NCBI RefSeq assembly: GCF_000016745.1
Contig: NC_009483.1
Span: forward strand, 2,220,001-2,252,000
Length of the DNA: 32,000 nucleotides
Reading direction: 5' to 3'
Origin: Geotalea uraniireducens Rf4
Lineage (GTDB): Bacteria > Desulfobacterota > Desulfuromonadia > Geobacterales > Geobacteraceae
Positions 17,521-25,534 of this stretch are shown here, piece by piece. A program made the position numbers and the translations under genes. Under the pieces are notes generated by a model. That model ran no database searches and was not told the origin of the DNA. It worked only from the letters and a program-made list of their open reading frames with translations. Position 1 is the stretch's first letter. Each line of letters begins with the position of its first letter.

Positions 17521-18451
17521 GCCCGTCAAAAGGCAAAAGCTTGCGAGCGAAGGATTTACCGGCCGGACGGCATATTTTGTTTCCAGGGCTTTTCTTAATT
17601 TGCGCCAGAATATTTTCGTGAGTTTGCTGACAATCGGCACTATTTCCCTTGCCCTACTCATTATTGCGCTTTTCTTACTGGTTTATGTGAACCTGGAAGG
17701 TATGGCTGAATCGTGGAGTGAAAAAGTTCAAGTTACTGCATTTTTCGATCGAGAGCTGGCGCAGCAGGAAGTTGTGGCGCTGAAGGGAAAAGTCCAGTCG
17801 CTGAGCGGCACCGATAAGGTCGTGTATGTCTCGAAAGACGAGGCTATGAAACGTTTTCGTGCCCGTTTGAAGGGTCAGGAAACGCTTCTAGAGGGGGTAG
17901 CGCCCGAAGTTTTGCCTTCATCAATGGAGATCAGCCTCAAGAAAGAAAACCGCAGTAGTGAAATGGTAGATGCCTATGTCGCACGTTTGAAATTAGTACC
18001 CGGCATATCCGAGGTCCAGTATGGCGAGGAATGGGTCAAGCGGTTCAATACCTTCATGAACTTCATGCGTCTTGTGGGTGCACTGCTTGGCGGTTTTCTG
18101 ATTCTGGCGGGGCTGTTTATCGTATCCAATACCATAAAGCTGACCATCTATGCACGCAAGGATGAGCTTGAGGTTTTGGGACTCGTTGGCGCGACCCGAT
18201 TTTTCATAAAGGCTCCTTTTTTAATAGAAGGAATATTTCAGGGGGCTGTCGGAGCACTTCTGGCGCTGCTCATACTTACGGCCTGTTATTTCGGGTTTCT
18301 CCATAACGCCGGAAATTTCCTGTCTTTTAATCTTGCTGCGACCGGCCTCTCTTTTCTGCCGGTTTCTTATCTGGTGGCCCTGTTCTTAGGAGGAATAGGC
18401 GTGGGTTTCCTGGGCAGTCTTACATCTTTAAAACGTTTTATCACCATCTGA
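17507..18451 (+). CDS. ftsX: Cell-division permease-like protein FtsX
   Basis: ATG 17507 follows a GGAGGA RBS and overlaps the ftsE 3' end. The protein has four TM segments with a large first periplasmic loop. The track ORF extends to 17477. Confidence 0.9.
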   Translation: MSRNKPVKRQKLASEGFTGRTAYFVSRAFLNLRQNIFVSLLTIGTISLALLIIALFLLVYVNLEGMAESWSEKVQVTAFFDRELAQQEVVALKGKVQSLSGTDKVVYVSKDEAMKRFRARLKGQETLLEGVAPEVLPSSMEISLKKENRSSEMVDAYVARLKLVPGISEVQYGEEWVKRFNTFMNFMRLVGALLGGFLILAGLFIVSNTIKLTIYARKDELEVLGLVGATRFFIKAPFLIEGIFQGAVGALLALLILTACYFGFLHNAGNFLSFNLAATGLSFLPVSYLVALFLGGIGVGFLGSLTSLKRFITI

Positions 18452-18453
18452 TT

Positions 18454-19644
18454 ATGCCCAGACCCAGATCCAATGCAGCTCTATATGTCTGTTTTCTGCT
18501 GTTTCTATCCGTACCCTGCTTTGCCGATGTCAAAGATGATTTGCTGGGCATTAAGAGGGAGATAACAGAAAAGAAACTTCTGCTCAAAAAGACGAAGAAG
18601 GTTGAAAGTAAAGTATCCGGCGAGTTGGACCAAATTCAGAAAAACTTGCGGGAAAAGGAAGCGAGTCTCAATTCCCTTGGTCGTGATATGAAAGGTGTGG
18701 AAATCAGTCTGAACCGTACGCAAAGGGATATCGATCTTGCCAAGGCAGAGGCTGAACGAAAGAAACAACAGATAAACAGGCGATTAACTTCGCTTTATAA
18801 GGCTGGAGAGGCAGGCAGTCTGCGCATGTTCTTTTCCTCTGAATCATTTCCACAGATGACGGAAAATCTTCGTTATATGAGGTCTGTGCTTGAAAATGAC
18901 AAAAAGCTCTTTGCAGATTATAATGCGAAAATGGAAAACTTGCGAGTCCTCAAGACAACTCTCGAACGTGACGTGGCCCGCAAGGAAAAGATCAAAAGCA
19001 GTATAGAGGTTAAAAAGCATGAGATTGAGCAGGAAAAAAATAAAAAGGCCGGCTATCTCCTTAAGGTCAGAGAAGACAAAAAAACGTACATGTCCTCCAT
19101 AAAGGAGCTGCAGGCGAATGCAAACAGGCTTCAGGCTATGGTGGAAAGGCTTGAAGCAAGGAGTAGAAAAGGGTATAATTCAAAAAATAAAAATAAAACG
19201 GTGGTCGGATCGGAACACCTGCTTCCAAATGTCCCCGATAAAGGTCTGGGCGCACAGAAGGGGCGGCTGAATCTGCCGGTTAAAGGAAACATCGTCGGCC
19301 AGTTCGGCCGGCACAAGCATCCCGAATTTAACTCGTATACGGTGAATAATGGGATATCCATAGAAGCTTCAGTCGGAACACAGATACATGCCATTTATGA
19401 GGGACAGGTCATATTTGCCGATTATTTCAAGGGATATGGCAATATGGTTATTGTTGATCACGGAGGCGGTTTTTTTAGCCTTTATGCTCACGCTGCAAAT
19501 TTGTTTAAAAAAGTCGGCGCAACCGTTGCAAAAAATGATGTGGTGGCCAGCGTCGGTGATACCGATTCCAGCAAAGGCCCGATGCTTTACTTTGAAATAA
19601 GATACCAGGGGAAGCCGGTAGATCCATCTCCCTGGTTCAGATAG
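18454..19644 (+). CDS. envC: EnvC-like murein hydrolase activator / M23 (LytM) family peptidase
   Basis: Signal peptide, a long coiled coil, and a C-terminal LytM domain (GISIEA..GT.IHAIYEG.V.FAD.FKGYGNMVIVDHGGGFFSLYAH). Its position after ftsEX supports the call. Confidence 0.88.
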   Translation: MPRPRSNAALYVCFLLFLSVPCFADVKDDLLGIKREITEKKLLLKKTKKVESKVSGELDQIQKNLREKEASLNSLGRDMKGVEISLNRTQRDIDLAKAEAERKKQQINRRLTSLYKAGEAGSLRMFFSSESFPQMTENLRYMRSVLENDKKLFADYNAKMENLRVLKTTLERDVARKEKIKSSIEVKKHEIEQEKNKKAGYLLKVREDKKTYMSSIKELQANANRLQAMVERLEARSRKGYNSKNKNKTVVGSEHLLPNVPDKGLGAQKGRLNLPVKGNIVGQFGRHKHPEFNSYTVNNGISIEASVGTQIHAIYEGQVIFADYFKGYGNMVIVDHGGGFFSLYAHAANLFKKVGATVAKNDVVASVGDTDSSKGPMLYFEIRYQGKPVDPSPWFR

Positions 19645-19709
19645 TTAATATATAACCAGAAAATATTCGGAAATTTTAAAACGATAAATAACGAGCTTTT
19701 GAGGGAGGA

Positions 19710-21047
19710 ATGATGTTTAGAAGCGGTAAGGGCAGGAAGATAACCATATTCATTACAGTGGTTTCTGCATTGGTGATCTTCATTGGCATGGGTGTCCAGC
19801 GTAGATGCGCAGCCCAAGGGGGTAACGACTATGAATCGATTGAGTTGTTTACCGATGTTCTCTCTATTGTCAAGAAGAGTTATGTGGAAGAGGTGGATAC
19901 GAAAAAACTGATTTACGGAGCGATCAACGGCATGTTGTCTTCCCTTGATCCGCATAGTTCTTTTATGCCGCCTGAAACGTATAAAGAGATGAAGATAGAT
20001 ACGAAGGGGTCGTTTGGCGGGTTAGGTATCGAGATAACGATCAAGGACGGCATATTGACGGTAATCTCGCCAATAGAAGACACCCCGGCATTCAAGGCAG
20101 GCATCAAGGCCGGCGATCAGATACTCAAGATCGACGACAAATTCACAAAAGACCTGACCATTACCGATGCAGTCAAGCGCATGAGAGGCCCAAAGGGATC
20201 CAAGGTCACCATCTCCATTTTCCGCGAAGGGCTGGATAAGCCGAAGGAGTACACTTTGGAGCGGGATATCATCCAGGTGAAGAGTGTCAAGTTCAAAACA
20301 CTCGACGACGGATATGGATATGTAAGAATTGCCCAGTTTCAGGAAAAGACCGACGATGACCTCGATAAAGCCTTGAAGACTCTACGTGATGAAAATGGCG
20401 GCAACCTGCGCGGCCTTGTTCTTGACTTGCGCAATGATCCGGGCGGACTCCTGGATCAAGCGGTCCGGGTTACCGAGCACTTTATCGATGAAGGCAAGCT
20501 TATTGTTTATACGGAAGGTCGTGAAAAAGATTCGAAGATGAAGTTTACTTCCCGCAAAGGGGGCAAGGAGCAGCATTATCCGATGGTGGTCCTCATCAAC
20601 AGCGGCAGCGCCAGTGCCTCCGAGATTGTTGCCGGCGCCCTGCAGGATCATAAGCGGGCTGTAGTTATGGGGACCCAGAGTTTCGGTAAAGGGTCTGTTC
20701 AGACCATAATTCCTCTTTCAGATAATTCCGGCCTCAGATTGACCACGGCTCGCTACTTTACACCCAGTGGACGTTCGATCCAGGCCAAGGGAATTACTCC
20801 CGATATCGTTGCCGAACGGGTTGAACTTGCAGCAACAGAGAAGAAGGAAGGGATGCACATCAGGGAAAAAGACCTGGAGAACCATTTCGAGGTGGAAGGC
20901 AAGGAAAAAGTGGACGAGAAAAAACCTGTAAAAACACCGGCTTATAAAGCGGATGAGCAGGTCAAGGCTGATTCCCAATTGCTTCGCGCATTGGACCTGC
21001 TGAAGGGATGGGAAATACTGAAAACGATCGATAAGCCTGCTGCATAG
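19710..21047 (+). CDS. ctpA: Carboxy-terminal processing protease (S41 family, PDZ-containing)
   Basis: PDZ domain (GGLGIEITIKDGILTVISPIEDTPAFKAGIKAGDQILKID). S41 core with LVLDLRNDPGG and catalytic GSASASEI. The start is ATG 19710 or 19713, after a GGGAGG RBS. Confidence 0.93.
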   Translation: MMFRSGKGRKITIFITVVSALVIFIGMGVQRRCAAQGGNDYESIELFTDVLSIVKKSYVEEVDTKKLIYGAINGMLSSLDPHSSFMPPETYKEMKIDTKGSFGGLGIEITIKDGILTVISPIEDTPAFKAGIKAGDQILKIDDKFTKDLTITDAVKRMRGPKGSKVTISIFREGLDKPKEYTLERDIIQVKSVKFKTLDDGYGYVRIAQFQEKTDDDLDKALKTLRDENGGNLRGLVLDLRNDPGGLLDQAVRVTEHFIDEGKLIVYTEGREKDSKMKFTSRKGGKEQHYPMVVLINSGSASASEIVAGALQDHKRAVVMGTQSFGKGSVQTIIPLSDNSGLRLTTARYFTPSGRSIQAKGITPDIVAERVELAATEKKEGMHIREKDLENHFEVEGKEKVDEKKPVKTPAYKADEQVKADSQLLRALDLLKGWEILKTIDKPAA

Positions 21048-21076
21048 ACCACATAGTATTTGGTTTAATTGTGGAG

Positions 21077-21105
21077 AGAGGGGGCTTATAACCCCCTCTT
21101 TTTTA
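21077..21105 (+). terminator. Rho-independent terminator after ctpA
   Basis: Stem AGAGGGGG (21077-21084) / CCCCCTCT (21092-21099), loop CTTATAA, then a T tract. Confidence 0.75.
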
Positions 21106-21133
21106 TTTGTCGGCAATTATTAAAAATAAACCA

Positions 21134-21161
21134 TTGACTAAAATGACTTTTGTAGTATAAA
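21134..21161 (+). promoter_or_regulatory. Putative sigma70 promoter for the SARP regulator gene
   Basis: TTGACT (21134-21139), a 16 nt spacer, then TATAAA (21156-21161), in an AT-rich intergenic region. Confidence 0.35.
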
Positions 21162-21255
21162 AACAAGCTTCAAAATATTGACTGAAACTATGATGTTTTA
21201 TTGGGCAATAGCAACCCGTTGAATTTTCAACGGTTGCATAAATCAACGCATTGCA

Positions 21256-21900
21256 ATGGAGCCTGCCATGGGTCGTGCAAGAGGTGTGAAAAAAACTGAA
21301 GAAATAGAAGAGCTGTCAGTTCATGCCTTTGGCGGTTTATCCATTTATTACAATGGAATACCGATCACGGTGATATGGGAAAGCCAGAAGGCACGTCTCC
21401 TTTTTTGTTATCTCCTTGTTACCTACGACCAATGGATGCATCGGGACAAGCTGATTGAGGCCTTGTGGCCGGGATGCGAACCGAGTGCAGGCGCCAATAA
21501 TTTTAAAACCACCATCAGTCGGCTGAGAAAATCTTTCAGCGGCGCACATATTGTCAATCCGGTCCTGATGCAGGGAGAAGCGGTAAGAATCAACATCGCT
21601 TCAATCAGTCTGGATTCCAGTAAGTTCGTACAGAAAGCCACGTCCGGTATCAAGTCTTTAGCGCGGGGTGAAATGAGCGAGGCGAGAAAATACCTGGAAG
21701 AAGCCCAAGACCTCTACACCGGCGAATTTCTCACAGAAGAACCTTTCAACCAGTTCATAACCGGCGCGCGCAACGAATTGAGTGAACTCCACATTTCAGT
21801 CATCAAATCTCTCGAAAAGATTTATCAGCAGGAAGGGAATACCGACGCCCTCGATGCCATTCGCATGCTTACCAAGTCCCTCATTACCCGTATTGCGTGA
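21256..21900 (+). CDS. SARP-family transcriptional activator (OmpR/PhoB-type winged helix + BTAD domain, no receiver domain)
   Basis: LSVHAFGGLSIYYNGIPI....SQKARLLFCYLLV......HRDKLIEALWP........NNFKTTISRLRK is the SARP DNA-binding pattern. It is followed by a BTAD helical region (ARKYLEEAQDLYTGEFL). ATG 21268 has the better RBS (GGAG 21258-21261). Confidence 0.8.
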   Translation: MEPAMGRARGVKKTEEIEELSVHAFGGLSIYYNGIPITVIWESQKARLLFCYLLVTYDQWMHRDKLIEALWPGCEPSAGANNFKTTISRLRKSFSGAHIVNPVLMQGEAVRINIASISLDSSKFVQKATSGIKSLARGEMSEARKYLEEAQDLYTGEFLTEEPFNQFITGARNELSELHISVIKSLEKIYQQEGNTDALDAIRMLTKSLITRIA

Positions 21901-22005
21901 TTCTGCGTATCGTTCACAAACCATTCAAGGTCGTAGTTTTTTCCATAACTGAACTTTCCTTTATTTATCGTTATCTTAGCGGTAGTTACCGTTTCCCGGC
22001 CATGC

Positions 22006-22034
22006 TTGACATTAATTTTCCGCTCAAGTAATAT
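22006..22034 (+). promoter_or_regulatory. Putative sigma70 promoter for the Big_1 lipoprotein / cohesin gene pair
   Basis: TTGACA (22006-22011), a 17 nt spacer, then TAATAT (22029-22034). Confidence 0.5.
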
Positions 22035-22052
22035 AACACCTGTTGTGTATTG

Positions 22053-22080
22053 GGAAATGCGATAACTATAGTGCATTTCC
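22053..22080. promoter_or_regulatory. Perfect 8 bp inverted repeat (operator or 5'-UTR hairpin) between the promoter and the Big_1 gene
   Basis: GGAAATGC (22053-22060), 12 nt, then GCATTTCC (22073-22080). It sits just downstream of the predicted -10 element. Confidence 0.35.
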
Positions 22081-22117
22081 TGCTTGATAATGGGTAAATA
22101 TCCTCGATTCAAAAGGA

Positions 22118-23713
22118 ATGAATACTATGAAAATGAAAACTTGTGCGTATCTGGTGCTGGCGGCTTTCATGACTGTGCTCTTTGCCGGATGCGGCGGTGG
22201 AGGGGGAAGCACTCCCGCGCCGGCACCTGCACCTGTGCAGTTTGCAATTTCGCCCTCGCAGGCAAATGTGCTCGCCGACGACACCGATTCTGCCTTGATT
22301 ACCGCCACATTCATTTCTCCCGTACCAGACGGGACCGTGGTGAATTTTTCAATCCCCGTCGGCGCCGCTAAACTGGCCGCAACATCGGCTACCACTATCG
22401 GGAACAAAGCCACTGTAAAAGTAACCAGCCTCAATAAACAAGAAAGCTTGGCCACCATTTCTGCGGCTTCGGGCGGATTTACGGCTACAACAAAGGTTAA
22501 TTTTGTCGCAAACATTGCCGTAAACACCTCAAAGATCATAGTTACCGCTGATGGCAGTGATTTTGCCACTATAACCGCTACACTGCCGGCTACAGTAGCC
22601 GATAACACGCAGATTGATTTTGTTACTTCCGGCACCGCTTCGCTCAGCTCTTCCAGCGCTTTTACTTCAAACGGAAAGGCTTCTGTTACTGTCAATAGTA
22701 CATCGTTGGGGCAGGTTACCGTATCCGCGAGTTTGCCAAATTCTGCAATAACCGGCAGTGTTGCTGTGAACTTCACCATTCAAATTCCGGTCGCTGCATC
22801 CAAGGCGACGATACTCGCTGACGGCAACGACTTCGCCACAATTACCGCCACACTCCCCGGTTCAGTACCGGTCGGCGCAACGATAAACTTTGCCGTTTCA
22901 GGCGACACTGCTGTTCTCAGTTCTCCAACCGCTCAAACCACAAGCGGAGGTTCGGCCTCGGTAACGGTTAAAAGTTCAACGCTTGGCGCGGCTGTGGTAA
23001 CGGCGACCTACTTGGGCTCTGCCGGAAGCGCTAATGTGACTTTCATACAACCACAATTCTCTGTGTCTGCGTCAAAAGGGCTGGCCTTAGCCAACAATAC
23101 GGATACCATCACTATCACGACTGCGTTTCAGGCACCAGTGCCTGCCGACGGCTCTGTCGTCAACTTCTCCACCTCCGGGGCCGCTAGTTTGAGTGCAGCA
23201 TCCGCCACCACAACCGGCGGGATTGCCACGGTGACGGTCAAATCCGCGACAGCCGGCCGTGTTACCGTCCGAGCCGATTTATCCGGCAGCAGCGCGACTG
23301 CAAGCACTGACATAAAATTCATTGCTCAGCCGACGAGTATGGCGGTAACCATCGCCATGAATCCACCAATTACATCATTAGCGGCGTTACAGTTTGTCCT
23401 TATAAACGACCCAGGCGCCACATACAATAACGGCTCTTACAAAATAATAAACCAAGCTGCTGAACAGATAACAAGTGAACCAGTTTCCAGTGGCAACAAC
23501 TTGACCCTCGGCGTATTTAGCCTTACCTTTTTCGACACACTCGCAACGCCGATAATCCAGCTTTCATACAATATCAGTAGCGGATTACCCGGCGTACAGG
23601 TCAGCCCTACAGGGATTATCGCCGGCACAGGAATGAATGCAACGCCTGTCACTCCTCCGCTTACTCCGTCTAATTTCTTGCTTGCCGTTAAGTATAATAC
23701 CGATACCTTCTAA
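22118..23713 (+). CDS. Lipoprotein with four tandem bacterial Ig-like (Big_1, invasin/intimin-type) domains and a distinct C-terminal beta-rich domain
   Basis: Signal/lipobox LFAGC followed by GGGGGSTPAPAPAP. Four repeats of about 90 aa follow the pattern ..A.G.D.ATITAT....V..GT.INF...G.A.LS...A.T...G.ASVTV.S...G...V.A. The RBS AAGGA favours ATG 22127 as the start. Confidence 0.85.
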   Translation: MNTMKMKTCAYLVLAAFMTVLFAGCGGGGGSTPAPAPAPVQFAISPSQANVLADDTDSALITATFISPVPDGTVVNFSIPVGAAKLAATSATTIGNKATVKVTSLNKQESLATISAASGGFTATTKVNFVANIAVNTSKIIVTADGSDFATITATLPATVADNTQIDFVTSGTASLSSSSAFTSNGKASVTVNSTSLGQVTVSASLPNSAITGSVAVNFTIQIPVAASKATILADGNDFATITATLPGSVPVGATINFAVSGDTAVLSSPTAQTTSGGSASVTVKSSTLGAAVVTATYLGSAGSANVTFIQPQFSVSASKGLALANNTDTITITTAFQAPVPADGSVVNFSTSGAASLSAASATTTGGIATVTVKSATAGRVTVRADLSGSSATASTDIKFIAQPTSMAVTIAMNPPITSLAALQFVLINDPGATYNNGSYKIINQAAEQITSEPVSSGNNLTLGVFSLTFFDTLATPIIQLSYNISSGLPGVQVSPTGIIAGTGMNATPVTPPLTPSNFLLAVKYNTDTF

Positions 23714-23789
23714 TCAGGTACCAACCTGAGGGCCGGGAGATTTTCCGGCTCTCTGCACAATCAACGTAAAAAAAGAAGAGAGGTTAATT

Positions 23790-25136
23790 ATGAAATTGAG
23801 AGCGATTTTTTCCACATCCATTGTTGTGCTCGCTCTGACGCTCTGTTACTCGCTCCCGGCCTTTGCCATCGCCAATGTGTCCATTTCACGTACCGGCAAC
23901 GGAGTTTATGTTGTACAGGGTACTAATCTGGAAGATATTTCCGGCATGGATGTGTCCTTCAACTATGACACAACCCTCGGCAAGCCAACGGTGACTGCAG
24001 GCGGGCTGGTGAGTGGCTCGATGTTTGCTGCGAACGCCGATAATGGATTCATCCACATAGGAATAGTTACTACCTCGGGTTCCATCAAGGGCACCGGTCA
24101 GATCGCGGTCGTGACCTTTGATAAAAAAGGTGCTGCAGGTAATGTTTTCCCTCCGAAGGTGAGACTGTATAAGGCGGATCTGGCGCAGAGTCCGGTTACG
24201 ACTGATACAGTCACGACTACATCGGACACCAAAACTACAAATCAAGATGGGAGAGGAACTCAGAATACCGGAACCGGCAACCAGAATCCCGGAACTGTCG
24301 CCAATCAGCCGATAATCGTCGGCGGCACGGTGACCTTGCCGACCGATACCCCTGCCGCAACCGAGAATAAGGCGGAGCCTGCCGTGCCTGAATATCGTGA
24401 AGAACCGAGGTCTGAGCAGCCGGTGGCGGCCAGGGAATCAAACGCCGCTCCAGAGGCAAGGCCGCAGGAGGCTCAGGCGAAAAGTCCGGAAAAGAAGCTG
24501 GAATCGCAAAAGAGCGTCTTGAATCGTTTCCGCGATTACAAGGGCGAGCTGAGTCCCAAGAGCCTCATCGCCCTTTTTGACCGGGATGAGAAGAGCGGCG
24601 TAAGGCAGGAGCCGGCATTGTTGCTGGCGGACGGCAAGACGGTCCTCAAGGTCGTTGTTCCCGGTGTTGCAGGAAAGCAGGCCCCGAACTTTGCCTTGAA
24701 GAAGGCTCGGCTCGTGTCGCTGAAAAAGGACACCGATAATAACTGGGTTGTCGAGGCTCGGCCCGAAAAAGGCGCCTATGACGCATCACTTACCATGCTC
24801 CTCGATGAATCCATGGTCGAGTTGCCACTTGTCGTTGCGCCAAAAGTTGATATCGATCTGGATAAATCCGGCAAGATCACGGAAGATGGTTTCAATCGTT
24901 TCCTCAAGGAGCGTGGTACTGAAAAAGCACCCAAATATGACCTGAACGGCGACGGACGTCGGGACTATATCGATGATTATATCTTTACGGTCAACTATCT
25001 GGCTGCCCGGAATAACAAGGCCAAGGCCAAGGAAAAGGTAACTGTAAAGGTAAAGGAAGCCAAGCCCACGGAAAGTCCGGCTGATAGTAAAGCAAAAGAG
25101 AAACCTTCTAAAAGCAAAATAAAAGAACAAAAGTAA
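23790..25136 (+). CDS. Secreted protein with an N-terminal cohesin-like domain, T/N/P/E-rich linker, central domain, dockerin-like Ca-loop segment and Lys-rich tail
   Basis: Signal peptide ending SLPAFA. Cohesin pattern NVSISRTG..VYVVQGTNLEDISGMDVSFNYDTTLGKPTV...GTGQIAVVTFDKKG. Segment DLDKSGKITEDGFNRF...DLNGDGRRDYIDDYIF. Tail KAKAKEKVTVKVKEAK...KSKIKEQK. Confidence 0.8.
   Translation: MKLRAIFSTSIVVLALTLCYSLPAFAIANVSISRTGNGVYVVQGTNLEDISGMDVSFNYDTTLGKPTVTAGGLVSGSMFAANADNGFIHIGIVTTSGSIKGTGQIAVVTFDKKGAAGNVFPPKVRLYKADLAQSPVTTDTVTTTSDTKTTNQDGRGTQNTGTGNQNPGTVANQPIIVGGTVTLPTDTPAATENKAEPAVPEYREEPRSEQPVAARESNAAPEARPQEAQAKSPEKKLESQKSVLNRFRDYKGELSPKSLIALFDRDEKSGVRQEPALLLADGKTVLKVVVPGVAGKQAPNFALKKARLVSLKKDTDNNWVVEARPEKGAYDASLTMLLDESMVELPLVVAPKVDIDLDKSGKITEDGFNRFLKERGTEKAPKYDLNGDGRRDYIDDYIFTVNYLAARNNKAKAKEKVTVKVKEAKPTESPADSKAKEKPSKSKIKEQK
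24849..25005 (+). other. Dockerin-like / EF-hand-type double calcium-loop segment
   Basis: The second loop DLNGDGRRDYID (24939-24974) fits D-x-N-x-D-G-x-x-D-x-x-D exactly and is followed by a hydrophobic helix (DYIFTVNYL). The first loop DLDKSGKITEDG (24855-24890) is degenerate. Loop spacing is about 28 aa. Confidence 0.45.
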
Positions 25137-25164
25137 CCCGGAAATCCCAGCGGATAATCCCCGC

Positions 25165-25205
25165 AAAAACCGGCTCGTCTTAATTGACCAGCCGGTTTTT
25201 TTTTA
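25165..25205 (+). terminator. Rho-independent terminator after the cohesin/dockerin gene
   Basis: Stem AAAAACCGGCT (25165-25175) / AGCCGGTTTTT (25190-25200) with a run of 9 T. Confidence 0.75.
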
Positions 25206-25320
25206 TCTTTTTCGTAACTATTCAACACGGCGAAGTAACGGATTGGTTTTCTCAGGAGCGTGGGCATCCTGCCCGTGTTTCGGGCGGGTTTATGCCCGAA
25301 TACGGTTTGCATTTAACCAA

Positions 25321-25339
25321 TTCAAGCGATTCGCTTGAA
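25321..25339. promoter_or_regulatory. 19 bp perfect palindrome upstream of acnB (candidate operator)
   Basis: TTCAAGCGA-T-TCGCTTGAA, about 70 nt upstream of the predicted acnB -35 element. Confidence 0.3.
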
Positions 25340-25405
25340 ACGCAGGCCGGATGCCTACGCTCCGGGATATGCCGAATAGTTACTCTTTTTCAAGCATTTC
25401 AGCGA

Positions 25406-25434
25406 TTGACAAAACAGGCTAAAAATTGTATACA
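25406..25434 (+). promoter_or_regulatory. Putative sigma70 promoter for acnB
   Basis: TTGACA (25406-25411), a 17 nt spacer, then TATACA (25429-25434), leaving a leader of about 95 nt. Confidence 0.45.
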
Positions 25435-25534
25435 GTATGCGATTTCAGATACGGCGTTTATTGAAATTCTTAATAGTTTGCATCATTGTCTTGTTGAGAA
25501 AGAGACGCCAATTAAATAACGGAGGAATGAAAAA

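Noticed and set aside
21825-22112. 95 aa minus-strand ORF covering the SARP / Big_1 intergenic region
   Set aside because: It has a TTG start with no RBS, and the internal ATG has AGGA only 1 nt away. It overlaps the SARP 3' end and the predicted promoter, and no motif is recognised. It is somewhat long for AT-rich DNA, so this is not excluded with certainty.
22066-22779. 237 aa minus-strand ORF overlapping the 5' half of the Big_1 lipoprotein gene
   Set aside because: It is antisense to a gene with a clear lipoprotein signal and repeated Ig-like domains. It is itself a low-complexity Ala/Val/Thr mirror of those repeats.
22238-23330. The four Big_1 modules considered as a possible DNA-level tandem repeat or phase-variable array
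   Set aside because: The repeats are recognisable only at the protein level and are strongly diverged. I saw no long identical nucleotide blocks that would support recombination-driven copy-number variation.
25184-25519. 111 aa ORF filling the intergenic region upstream of acnB
   Set aside because: It begins at a non-ATG codon inside the terminator hairpin and has no RBS. It also runs through the predicted acnB promoter. I interpret this region as regulatory DNA.
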